A stretch of 64,000 nt of DNA from contig JBGPIA010000001.1 in the NCBI GenBank assembly GCA_041484665.1, positions 128,001 to 192,000 on the forward strand. The letters run 5' to 3'. This stretch comes from Candidatus Krumholzibacteriia bacterium. Its GTDB lineage: Bacteria; Krumholzibacteriota; Krumholzibacteriia; JAJRXK01. Made by a program: the position numbers and the translations under genes. The notes beneath the pieces are model-generated. The model was not told the DNA's origin, searched no databases, and was given only the letters and a program-made list of their open reading frames with translations. This document shows positions 29,797 through 39,399 of this stretch, in pieces; within the stretch, counting starts at the first letter, position 1; every line of letters begins with the position of its first letter.

Positions 29797-30687
29797 ATGT
29801 CGGCCGAGCTTTTCACAGATTCCGTCGCGATCAACTCGATCGTCGTCGCCGGGGCCGGGGTGATGGGGCGCGGCATCGCACACGTGTGCGCCACCGGCGG
29901 CTACCGCACGTTGCTCTACGATGTCGACGCGCCGCAGCTGGCCAATGCCCGCGCCGGGATCGAGGCCAACCTCCACAAAGGCGTCGAGAAGGGGAAGCTC
30001 GCCTTGGCAGATGCGGGTGCGGCCACGCAGCGACTTGGCACGACGACCGATCTGGCCGCAGCCTGCGCCGGCGCGGACCTGCTCATCGAGGCCGTGCCCG
30101 AGCAGCTCGCCTTGAAACTCGAGTTCCTGCAGAGCGCGCAGCGGCATCTGCCAGCGCACGCGCCGATCGCCACCAACACGAGCGCCCTGTCCATCACCGA
30201 GCTAGCCTCCTGTCTGGCGGACCCCGGGCGCGCAGTGGGGATGCACTTTTTCAACCCCGTGCATCTCATGCAGCTCGTGGAGGTGGTGCGGGGCCTGCAG
30301 ACGCGCGATGCGACGATTGCGACCGTGCTCAGTGTGGCGCGCCGCATGGGCAAGACCCCCGTGGAGGTGAACGAAGCGCCAGGTTTCGTTACGACGCGCG
30401 TCAACGCGCTGATCGGCAATGAGGCGTTCTACATGTTGCAGGAGGGGGTGGCCAGCGCGCGGGACATCGACACCGCGCTGAAGCTGGGACTCAACCACCC
30501 CATGGGGCCGTTCGAGCTGGTAGACCTGGTAGGGTTGGACACACGCCTCTCGATCCTGCAGTACCTGCACAGGACGCTGGGCGAGAAGTTTCGCCCCTGC
30601 CCGTTGTTGGAGAAGTATGTCAAGGCCGGCCGGCTGGGCCGCAAGGTGGGGCGGGGCGTCTACGACTACAGCACGCCGCAGAGCTGA
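29797..30687 (+). CDS. 3-hydroxyacyl-CoA dehydrogenase (PaaH/Hbd-like)
   Basis: GAGVMGRGIA, IEAVPE, TNTSALS, GMHFFNP, HPMGPFEL. Confidence 0.93.
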   Translation: MSAELFTDSVAINSIVVAGAGVMGRGIAHVCATGGYRTLLYDVDAPQLANARAGIEANLHKGVEKGKLALADAGAATQRLGTTTDLAAACAGADLLIEAVPEQLALKLEFLQSAQRHLPAHAPIATNTSALSITELASCLADPGRAVGMHFFNPVHLMQLVEVVRGLQTRDATIATVLSVARRMGKTPVEVNEAPGFVTTRVNALIGNEAFYMLQEGVASARDIDTALKLGLNHPMGPFELVDLVGLDTRLSILQYLHRTLGEKFRPCPLLEKYVKAGRLGRKVGRGVYDYSTPQS

Positions 30688-30723
30688 GTGCACGCGCGCG
30701 CCGCAGCGTGCGCACCACTACCC

Positions 30724-31090
30724 CTACCGCCAATCCCCCGCCGCCACGAACGCGCCCCCGCTGAACGGGTGCGTGCTCCACCCGTGCGAGCGCTGCCGTC
30801 GCAGCAACTCCAGACTGGCGCTGCGGACCGCGCTGGCAGTCGTCTGCCCGTCGACCAGTCGCGCATGGTCGAGCGCCAGCATCCACCGCCGTGCCTGTTC
30901 GTCGTCCACGGCCCACAAGCCCATCACCACCGTGCGGGCGCCGGCGATCCGGAAGGCGCGGCGCAGGCCGAACACGCCTTCGCCCGCGGCCATCGTGCCC
31001 AGGCCGCTCTCGCACGCCGACAGCACGGCCCACTGCGTACCGGTGAGGCTGAGGGCGGCGATCTCCTGGGCGGTGAGAATCCCGTCCTTT
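30724..31090 (-). pseudogene. C-terminal remnant of a CHAT (caspase HetF-like) domain protein
   Basis: DGILTAQEI...VLSACESGLG...GEGVFGLRRAF..AGARTVVMGLWAVDD...HPFSGGAFVAAGDWR; no start, N-terminal His region missing, HPxxW eroded; cut off by the IS256 remnant. Confidence 0.85.
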
Positions 31091-31100
31091 CCGCGCCGAA

Positions 31101-31702
31101 ATGACGCGGGACTCCAACGCGATCGTCTACGCGCCCAGCCTGCAGGAAGCGCGCAAGGCCCGCGAGCACTTCGTACGCAAGTGGCGCGCCCTCAGCAGCG
31201 AGGTCGTGAAGAGCCTGGAGGAGGCGGGCCCCGAGCTGCTCACCTTCTACGACTTCCCCCAGAGCCCAGTGGGACGTGCTGGGTGACCACCAACGCGATC
31301 GAGCGGCTCAACGGGGAGTTCCGCCGGCGGACCAAGACGCAGGGCTCCTTCCGCAACGAGCAGACGGTGCTGGTGCTGCTGTACGGACTGATGATCTCGG
31401 GGCAGATCCGCATGCGTCGCCTCGACGGATGGAGCGACCTGGCGAAGATCCAGACGGCGCCGACGAGCGCAGCGGCGTAGGGCGGTCAGTCGATGATGCG
31501 AGACACCCGATATCTTGAACTACCCCCTACCTGGGAGATATCTTCGGAGCGATCGAACGCGTTCCTGGGGCATCCGGGGAGGTCGCTTCCACGGCTGACC
31601 GCCCTAGGAAGCGTATCCGGTGGTTGACGACGCTGACCTCGGCGTCGTAAGGAGGAACTTGGAGACTACGTCAGGGAAGTCCACAAGAAGCGGGACACGA
31701 CC
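31101..31702 (+). mobile_element. IS256-family remnant (3' part of transposase, frameshifted) with probable right end
   Basis: KSLEEAGPELLTFYDFP then, after frameshifts near 31265-31285, TTNAIERLNGEFRRRTKTQGSF; stop at 31480. TCCACAAGAAGCGGGACACGACC ending at 31702 resembles an IS256 terminal repeat (less certain). Confidence 0.8.
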
Positions 31703-31882
31703 CGAGGCGCGAATCCGGCGAAAAAACACCGAACCGTCGTGCGCTCCGCTGGCGTCAGATCACTCGGGCGGGCCTCTGGGTCCCTGGGCGCCGGCCCTTC
31801 ACAATCATTGATAGCCCCAAAGGCCCTGCGAGACTTCATGGACCCGTGCCAAACGCAGCTCGCGTACTTTGGCTAGCCAGTC

Positions 31883-32641
31883 ATGTTCAGCAGGATCTAC
31901 TGGATCAAGAAGCTCAAGGCGTGGTTCGTACGGCTGAGGCTGCACACCGTGTTCGGACCTCTGTCCCGCGCCGGCCTCTTCCTCGCTTATCTGTCACGAT
32001 TCTCCCGATGGGTGGCACAACACCGCGACGTGCCCTACAACGACTTCTACAATCGCGAGCTGGATCTGGAGTATCGTAACCGTCTTGGGATGTACGAGTT
32101 CCTTCTTCGTGAGGTCTTGAGGGGGGAGCCGTTCGACTACCTCGAATTCGGGGTTGCCTCCGGAACTTCGCTGCGCTGGTGGATCGAGCACGAGAAGGGC
32201 GCCGCATCGCGGTTCTACGGGTTCGACGTTTTCACGGGCCTTCCCGAGGACTTCGGCATCCTGAAGAGAGGGACGTTTGCCGTGGAAGGCGGGCTTCTCC
32301 CCATCGAGGACGACCGGTGCACTCTCGTCCTCGGACTCTTCCAGACTACATTGGATCGATTCCTAACCGTGGTCGGTCTGGATCGACGCACCGTCGTGCA
32401 TCTCGATGCCGACCTGTACAGCTCCACGCTATATGTGTTGACTACACTGGCAACTCGACTCAAGGCGGGGGATGTGCTGATCTTCGACGAGTTCGGTGTC
32501 CCGCTCCACGAGTTCCGTGCGTTCGAGGACTTTCGGGCCGCGTTCGGGATCAAGTACGAGGTGCTGGCCGCAGTGAACAACTACTTCCATGTCGCGGTCC
32601 AGCTCGTGAGCATCCGGCAAGTGACAGGGGACGGAGGCTAG
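31883..32641 (+). CDS. TylF/MycF-like class I SAM-dependent O-methyltransferase
   Basis: YLEFGVASG, FYGFDVFTGLPE, GLFQTTL, VHLDADLYSST, LIFDEF; visibly lower GC than the flanks. Confidence 0.85.
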   Translation: MFSRIYWIKKLKAWFVRLRLHTVFGPLSRAGLFLAYLSRFSRWVAQHRDVPYNDFYNRELDLEYRNRLGMYEFLLREVLRGEPFDYLEFGVASGTSLRWWIEHEKGAASRFYGFDVFTGLPEDFGILKRGTFAVEGGLLPIEDDRCTLVLGLFQTTLDRFLTVVGLDRRTVVHLDADLYSSTLYVLTTLATRLKAGDVLIFDEFGVPLHEFRAFEDFRAAFGIKYEVLAAVNNYFHVAVQLVSIRQVTGDGG

Positions 32642-34758
32642 CCTGGATTTCCACGGACCACAATTCTCCTAACAGTGCGCCGGGGGCGGTCGGTCAGCGC
32701 TCATGCGCATGGGCCGGTCGTTCCACCACGGGACCCTCACCGTCCGGTCGAGCAGACCGCAGGCCAGCAGGATCGGCAAGTGTGCGCGCCGCTCGAAGCG
32801 CACGTGCACCTCGTTGGGGGTCACCACCACGCGGGCCGGCATGTCGACGAGGTCGCGGAAGATCTGGCGGGCCTGCGCCGCGCTGTAGCCGCGCATGCGC
32901 CGCGCCAACAGACCATATAGGCCGCTGGCTACCACCAGCAAGGCCATGTCGAAGTCCACCTTGAGTCCGACCGACGACGACAGGGCGTCCGTGTGGAAGA
33001 AGCGCACGGCGTCGGACAGCGCGGTCTCGATCAGCATGCGTTGCGCGTAGCGCATGATCAACTTTGCGTGGCTGGTGTGCGCCTCGTTGGTCACCAGGAT
33101 GGTCGGCTCGTCATGCCCCTAGTCCAGGATGTAGAGCTGCCGGGAGCTGTGGCCCGCCAGGCGGACCTTCTGCTCAAACACCCGGAGGGTGCGGTACTTG
33201 CGCGCTGGCACATCCAGCTCCACGGTGCGCCAGGCCGAGCATGGCAACGCCTCGGCCTCCGCCAGCAGCTTGGGCGACCGTCGCCGCAGGGTGATGAAGG
33301 AGGTCCCCAGCTCGTCGAATTGGCCCAGGTTGGCATAGGTGGTCAACCGTGAGTCGAACACCAGGTGCCGGGGGCGCTCGCCGTGGTGGCGGTGCCAGAA
33401 GGCGATGAAGCGCAGCACCTCGTCGGGCTCCTCGCCCTTGCGCAGATCGGCGTTGGAGTAGCAGAAGCAGTGTCCGTGAGCATCCTGCGCCAAAAAGACC
33501 AGGATGCCGGGCTGGCGGCGGCTGCGTGCTGAGACGTAATGCCGCTCGATCACCGGGTGCTCGCCGTAATAGGGCACGGAGTGGAAGTCGAGGTTGAAGG
33601 AGCGGCTAGCAAACAGCTCGTCGCCGGCCACCTGGGCATGCCAGGCGGCCAACAAACCCGTCGTCTTGCTCGGTTCCAGCCGCGACGAATACTCGGACAA
33701 GTAGCTGTTCTTGGGGGTGGCGTTGAGTCCGGAGAACAGCGCCAACCCTTCGTCGGCCACCAGGGCCATGACCTGGCTCTTGCGCTCAATCGACCAGAGT
33801 TTGAGTGCGAGGCAGCTGCGCAACGCGTGACCGGCGGGGATCATCGTGGAGCCCGGCAGGCGTGCCCGCTGGGCGAGCTCGTCTATGCGCAGGCGGACCA
33901 GGTCGGGCACGAAGAGCAACAGCCCTCCGCAGCGGGTCAAGAAATCGCGCGCGGTCAGCGCGAAGGCGCGCACATCCGCCACGGGCTCGATGGTGGGGCG
34001 CACGCGCTGCGGGCGCTCCTCGTCGAGGCGGCGTGGCAGGGGCGCAAAACTTTCCGGCTTGAGCACCTCCCGGATCGCCGTGGGGCTGAGCGCTTTGCCC
34101 TCTTCCTTGAGCGCCTCGCTGATCTCGTAGACGGAGTAGTTCTGCTTGCACCACAGCACGATGCGCTCGCGGGCCGACGCCTTGCGGGGCTGCTGGCGCG
34201 GGCCCGGTTTGGGGGGAGAGGAAGAAGGTGGGGTCGGGGTCGCGGCGGAACTGGTGGCAGAGGACGCGGAAGGAGCCGGCGCAGTACCCGAAGGCGCGGG
34301 CCACCGCGTGGGAGGGGCGCCCCTCGACGAAGTAGGCGCGCAACGCCTCGTACATCCGCTGCTTGCGGTGACGGGGCTGCAGGAAGCAGCGGCGGCATCC
34401 CGTTAGAGACTTTGGTGCGCCGATAGGCGCAGGCTCGCGGGGCTACACACAACCCCTGGTGTCAAGTGGAACTCGCGCCCCCCAACGCCTGGAGGTGCGG
34501 GATCGCCCACTGAGCAAGGGCGCAGAGGGAGCTGGCAGCGCGACGTGGGCGGGAACGGCGCGGGACGGGCAGGAGCGGCTGAAAGCGCAAGGGGCCCCAG
34601 ATTGGCGCACCGATCCCCTAACGCGTCGAGCGGTGGAGTGCCTTCGAGCCGTGGACTAGGGTGCTACACTCCGTGCCGCTGCCCGCGCGAGGGGTCTGCC
34701 CCCGCGCGATGCACCGCGATGGCTGTGTTGACCGAATTGAGCTCCGTGGAAATCCAGG
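32642..34758 (-). mobile_element. About 2.1-kb insertion sequence, IS1380/ISEcp1-like ends
   Basis: Terminal inverted repeats CCTGGATTTCCACGGA (32642-32657) and TCCGTGGAAATCCAGG (34743-34758), extending inward to CAATTC with two mismatches; flanked by CTAG and CGAG. Confidence 0.85.
32669..34424 (-). pseudogene. DDE-type transposase pseudogene
   Basis: Three pieces: YEALRAYFVE (HTH-like); +1 shift in the C6 run at about 34211-34216; FNLDFH...LVFDS; in-frame TAG at 33119-33121; YAQRMLIE. Start approximate. Confidence 0.75.
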
Positions 34759-34970
34759 CGAGTGGTCATGATCCAGACGGCCGGAGTCAGCGCCCTCGCG
34801 CCGGCGACGGGGAATTTCGGCGTCGCGCCCATCCGGGGAGCGTGCAGGGCAGACCGTGACGGCACATCGCCTCTATCCTATTGTATCAGGTGCTGGCCCA
34901 CTCGGATGCGGACGGATGCCCGCTCGGTCCACCGCGACTTCCCTCCCCCCTGCGATCGAGGAGCCGCTCC

Positions 34971-36977
34971 GTGCCGACCCATGCCTCCGCCTGCCCGTTG
35001 GACTGCCCCGATGCCTGCAGCCTCGACGTCACCGTGGAGGACGGGCGCGTGCGCAAGATCGCGGGCAACACGCGCAACCCGATCACCGACGGGTACATCT
35101 GCGCCAAGGTGAGCCACTTCGAACAGCACATGTACTGCCCCGAGCGGCTGCTCTCGCCGGCCGTCCGTGCGGGGCGCAAAGGTGAGGGGCGCTTCGCGCC
35201 GGTCTCGTGGGACGAGGCGCTCGAGCGCGTCTCCCAGAAGCTGCTGGAGGTGCGCGAGCGCAGCGGCGGTGAGGCGATCCTGCCCTTCTACTATGGCGGC
35301 TCCAACGGCATGTTCACGCAGGAGGGCGCCGATGTGCGGCTGTTCCGGAGGTTGGGCGCCTCGCGCTTGCTGCGCACCGTGTGCGCCGCCCCCACCGGCC
35401 GCGCCGCCATGGGCCTCTACGGGAAGATGGCCGGCGTCGCCTTCCCAGACTACGTGCACGCGCGCCTGATCGTCGTCTGGGGAGCGAATCCGTCGGCGTC
35501 GGGCATCCACCTCGTGCCGTACATCCAGGAGGCGCAGCGGCGCGGCGCGAAGCTGGTGGTGGTGGATCCGCGCCGCACCCAGCTCGCGCGGCGCGCCGAC
35601 CTGCACCTGGCGCTGCGGCCGGGTACGGACCTGCCGCTGGCGCTGGCGACGTTGCGCTGGCTCTTCGAGAACGGCCGCGCCGACGACGATTTCCTGGCCG
35701 ACCACGCCACCGGCGCCCAGGAGCTGCGCCGGCGAGCGGCGGAGTGGACTCCGCGGCGCGCCGCCGCGGAGTCGGGCGTACCGGCCGACCAGATCGAGTG
35801 CTTGGCCCGGCTCTACGCCGACACGACCCCCGCGCTGATCCGCTGCGGCTGGGGGCAGGAACGCAGCCGCAACGGCGGGGCGGCCACAGCGGCGGTGCTG
35901 GCGCTGCCGGCCGTGGCCGGGAAGTTCGGAGTACGCGGTGGCGGCTACACGCTGAGTCAATCGGCGGTGTGGGGGCTCAACGCCGAGGCTGCGATCGCCG
36001 AGCCGGCGCCTGCGACACGCGCGGTCAACATGAACCACCTGGGCGAGGCGCTGCAGGGCCGCGACGGCGGCCGTGTCGACTTGCTTTTCGTCTACAACTG
36101 CAATCCCCTCCAGACCATGCCCGCACAGGAGAAAGTGCGCGCCGGGCTTTGCCGCGACGACCTGTTCACCGTCGTGTTCGACGCCGTGCTGACCGACACG
36201 GCGCGCTATGCCGACGTCGTGCTACCCGCGACGACCTTTCTCGAGCATGCGGAGATGTCGCGCGGCTACGGCTCGCTGATTCTCTTTCGCACCGAGCCCG
36301 TCGCGGCGCCGGTCGGCCAGGCGCGCTCCAACTACGATGTCTTCGCCGAGCTCTGCCGGCGCACGGGGGTGGCGCGTCCCGGCGACCCCCAGACACCCGA
36401 CGAGCTGGCCAGCGCGTGGTTCACCGAACGGGACGGCGATGGCCGCATCCGCCGCGAGCTACAGGCCGGGGCCGCGGCCGCGCCGGAGTGTGGTACGGCG
36501 CCCGTGCAGTTCGTCGACGTCTTCCCCAATACGCCCAATCGCAAGGTCCACCTCTGCCCTGAAGAGCTCGACGCCGAGGCGCCCGGCGGCCTGTACCACT
36601 ACCTGCCCGACCCGGCCACGACGGCAGCGCCGCTGGCGCTGATCTCCCCGGCCAGCGGCAAGACCATCAGCTCGACGTTCGGGCAGCTGATCCGCCGGCA
36701 GGTGCCCATCGAAATCCACCCGGACGATGCCGCCGCCCGCGGAATCCGCGACGGGGATGCAGTCCGCGTGTACAACTCCCTTGGCGAGGTGCGCTGCCGG
36801 GCGCGCGTGACCGACGAGGTACGGCCCGGCGTGGCCAGCCTGCCCAAGGGTCTCTGGAGCCAGCACACGCTCAACGGGGCCACGGCCAACGCGCTGGTAC
36901 CCGACACCCTTTCCGACCTGGGCGGCGGCGCTTGCTTCAACGACGCCCGGGTGCAGGTGGCGGCCGTCGAGTCCTGA
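34971..36977 (+). CDS. Molybdopterin-dependent oxidoreductase
   Basis: GAGGAG RBS + GTG, CPLDCPDAC...ICAK (4Fe-4S), WGANP, VVDPRRT, TDTARYADVVLPA, IHPDDA. Confidence 0.92.
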   Translation: MPTHASACPLDCPDACSLDVTVEDGRVRKIAGNTRNPITDGYICAKVSHFEQHMYCPERLLSPAVRAGRKGEGRFAPVSWDEALERVSQKLLEVRERSGGEAILPFYYGGSNGMFTQEGADVRLFRRLGASRLLRTVCAAPTGRAAMGLYGKMAGVAFPDYVHARLIVVWGANPSASGIHLVPYIQEAQRRGAKLVVVDPRRTQLARRADLHLALRPGTDLPLALATLRWLFENGRADDDFLADHATGAQELRRRAAEWTPRRAAAESGVPADQIECLARLYADTTPALIRCGWGQERSRNGGAATAAVLALPAVAGKFGVRGGGYTLSQSAVWGLNAEAAIAEPAPATRAVNMNHLGEALQGRDGGRVDLLFVYNCNPLQTMPAQEKVRAGLCRDDLFTVVFDAVLTDTARYADVVLPATTFLEHAEMSRGYGSLILFRTEPVAAPVGQARSNYDVFAELCRRTGVARPGDPQTPDELASAWFTERDGDGRIRRELQAGAAAAPECGTAPVQFVDVFPNTPNRKVHLCPEELDAEAPGGLYHYLPDPATTAAPLALISPASGKTISSTFGQLIRRQVPIEIHPDDAAARGIRDGDAVRVYNSLGEVRCRARVTDEVRPGVASLPKGLWSQHTLNGATANALVPDTLSDLGGGACFNDARVQVAAVES

Positions 36978-36978
36978 C

Positions 36979-37015
36979 CGGCATCGATGGATGTGGGCGG
37001 CAACCATCGATGTCG
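36979..37015 (+). terminator. Stem-loop immediately after the oxidoreductase stop
   Basis: CGGCATCGATGG...CCATCGATGTCG 12-bp stem (one G-U); no U tract. Confidence 0.4.
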
Positions 37016-37142
37016 AAGCGGCACCTACTTCCGGGTGGACCCGGGCACCGCGCAGGTGGGAACCGGTCGGGGCCTTCGCGGGTATCCTGTCTGCTCTGCG
37101 CGGCTGCGCCGTCCACGAGGGCGCGCCGCCCGTACCGGTGAC

Positions 37143-37171
37143 TTGCACGGGTTTCCGCCCGGGTCTACTCT
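37143..37171 (+). promoter_or_regulatory. Putative sigma70 promoter
   Basis: TTGCAC-17 nt-TACTCT upstream of the DUF1326 gene. Confidence 0.45.
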
Positions 37172-37289
37172 CGCGCCACCTTCGGCCCAGGGATGGCCAG
37201 GCCCCCTGCCCGCGGGAGTTCAACCCCCGATCTGCAGCGCAATGACGTCTCGCCACCCCAACGACGTTTCCCGTCCCCTAGGAGGTCCT

Positions 37290-38054
37290 ATGCCGAGATC
37301 CCTGCCAGCACGACCTGTGCTGCTCGCCCTGCTGCTGTTGGCCGTTGCGGCCCCTGCGCTACTGGGAGCAGCCGAGCCAGCCAAGCCGGCGTCGACGCCC
37401 GCCTGGCACATGAACGCCACGATCATCGAGGCGTGTTCGTGCCCGATGTTCTGCCAGTGCTATTTCAACAGCGAGCCCTCCGCCCACGCCGGACACGAGG
37501 GGCACGAAGGGCATGCCGCCGAGCACTTCTGCCGCTTCAACAACGCCCTGCGCGTGAACAGCGGCTCCTATGGCTCCGTAAAGCTCGACGGCGCCAAGTT
37601 TTGGGTCTCCGGCGACCTCGGTGGCGACTTCAGCCAGGGGCAGATGGACTGGGGGATCGTGACGTTCGACAAGGCGCTGACCAAGGAGCAGCGCGACGCC
37701 ATCGGCGTGATCCTGGGGTATCTCTACCCGGTCAAGTGGAACTCGCTCACGACCGGCGAGGGCGACATCAGCTGGACGCCGGGCAGGGACGAGGCCCACG
37801 CGCTGCTGGACGGCGGCAAGACCGCCGAGGTGGCGCTGAAGGCCTTCCCCGGCATGCGCAAGGACGAGCCGGTCGTGATGAAGAACCTGCCGTACTGGGG
37901 CGCACCCCGCAACGACGGTTTCGTCATGATGCCCAACACCGTGGAGGCCTGGCGCACCGGCACCAAGCCGTTCGAGTTCAAGGGCACCAACGGCTTCATG
38001 ATCACCCTCGACATCGACTCCCAGTCGGTGGCGCCCAAGAGCAGCGGCTCCTGA
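37290..38054 (+). CDS. DUF1326-like secreted metal-binding protein
   Basis: AGGAGG RBS, signal peptide, IEACSCPMFCQC, His-rich loop, GSYGSVKLDG, EQRDAI. Confidence 0.75.
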   Translation: MPRSLPARPVLLALLLLAVAAPALLGAAEPAKPASTPAWHMNATIIEACSCPMFCQCYFNSEPSAHAGHEGHEGHAAEHFCRFNNALRVNSGSYGSVKLDGAKFWVSGDLGGDFSQGQMDWGIVTFDKALTKEQRDAIGVILGYLYPVKWNSLTTGEGDISWTPGRDEAHALLDGGKTAEVALKAFPGMRKDEPVVMKNLPYWGAPRNDGFVMMPNTVEAWRTGTKPFEFKGTNGFMITLDIDSQSVAPKSSGS

Positions 38055-38085
38055 CGGGGGCGTCGGCGTGGGCAGACGCAGCCCG

Positions 38086-38871
38086 CTAGCCTCGCCCATA
38101 GACCGGGAGCGCGGCGCCGTGCACGGCGCCCGCTCCCGGGGACGCCAGGAACAGGATCACCTCCACGATCGCTTCGGGCGTCACCCACGCGCGCGGATCG
38201 GCTTTGGGCATCGCCGCGCGGTTCTGTGGCGTGTCGATCAGGGCGGGCAGCACGCAATTCACGTTGATGCCCTTGCCCCCGAGCTCGGCGGCGAGGCTTT
38301 CGGTGATCCGCAGCACCGCTGACTTCGACGAGCTGTAGGCCGCGTGTCCGGCGAAACCGGCCAACGCCGCCCGTGCCGCGACGCTCACGATCCTCCCCGA
38401 CCCTGCGCGCAGCATCACCGGCACCACCGCGCGGCAGGCGTGCAGCACCGAGCGCGCGTTGAGATCCATGAGGAAGTCCCAGTCGTCCAGCGGGGCCTCG
38501 TGCAGTGGAACCCCGCCCCGGTATCCACCGGCCGCATTGACCAGCACGTCGATGCGGCCGAAGCGCCCCACGGCCTGCCCAGCGGCGCGCTCCACGTCCG
38601 CGAATCGGGTGAGGTCGACTCCGTCCACGAGCAGCGCCCTCGGGGAAAGGGCGAGCTCCGGGAACTGCTGCGCCAGCCGCCCTGAGCCGCGGTCCAGCAG
38701 CACCGGACGCGCGCCGCGGCCGAAGAAGCCCCGGGCCGCGGCGGCGCCGAGATTACCGGCAGCGCCTGTGATGAGCACGACCGAATCGGCGAGATCGCTG
38801 GATCCGCTCAAGGTAGACCTCCGTGGAAGCAACGCGTGGGCGCCATCGGTGGGCGCCATCCCTCGTAGCAA
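38086..38871 (-). CDS. SDR oxidoreductase
   Basis: TGAAGNLG, NAAG, YSSSK, PALIDTPQNR; start uncertain. Confidence 0.9.
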   Translation of the reverse strand: MLRGMAPTDGAHALLPRRSTLSGSSDLADSVVLITGAAGNLGAAAARGFFGRGARPVLLDRGSGRLAQQFPELALSPRALLVDGVDLTRFADVERAAGQAVGRFGRIDVLVNAAGGYRGGVPLHEAPLDDWDFLMDLNARSVLHACRAVVPVMLRAGSGRIVSVAARAALAGFAGHAAYSSSKSAVLRITESLAAELGGKGINVNCVLPALIDTPQNRAAMPKADPRAWVTPEAIVEVILFLASPGAGAVHGAALPVYGRG

Positions 38872-39399
38872 TCGCTGGCGGGGCCATCGGGTTCCCGCAG
38901 GGCGCGGCAGTCAGACGCGCGGCGGGCGGCGGGATCGACACCGCGGCGGCTTCGGGCCGGGGCCAATCCTACTACGGTGCACAGCCCCGGTTCCATTGAC
39001 CGCGGGCTATGCCGGGCCGCATGCTGGTTGAGCCATGCGGACCACGCCCTACGGTCGAGCCCGTCGGTAGGCCGGCCCGGCTGCCGTCGTGACCTGAGAT
39101 GGCCTTGCACTCGCGCCGGGTGGCCGCGACGACGCGCAGTGGGGCGCTCTAGATGACCAGACGGTGCGCCTGCCGGACGGCGCCGGGTCCGGACGCTGGG
39201 GGCGTAGGCGGCGGGAGCGCTCCGGGGTTCGGCGGGGGTGCCGGCAGAGGCCGCGGCACGGGCACGGGGTCGCATACGACCCCTTGCGCGGCGCGCTGGC
39301 AGGTCGTCCCCGACTCGATCCTCGCCGAGCCGTGAGCGGTTGCGCGTCGTGAGCGAACATGGGCCTCGAAGGACAACGAGCCGCCGGCGGGACAGGGTC

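Noticed and set aside
24457..30687. Complete phenylacetate or benzoyl-CoA degradation cluster
   Set aside because: Crotonases, ALDH and hydroxyacyl-CoA dehydrogenase are present, but no paaABCE/boxAB epoxidase, CoA ligase or thiolase is in the window, so the substrate cannot be assigned.
34209..34220. Programmed frameshift in the transposase
   Set aside because: It needs a +1 shift in a C run, and the gene also has an in-frame TAG, so decay or a sequencing error is more likely.
31883..34758. ISEcp1-style capture and promoter-driven expression of the methyltransferase
   Set aside because: The gene points toward the IS, and the CTAG/CGAG flanks suggest a simple insertion.
34760..34970. Moco riboswitch upstream of the molybdopterin oxidoreductase
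   Set aside because: No recognisable Moco/Tuco motif elements.
38872..39399. Gene or ncRNA in the 530-bp divergent gap
   Set aside because: Only short low-complexity ORFs and no recognisable RNA motif.
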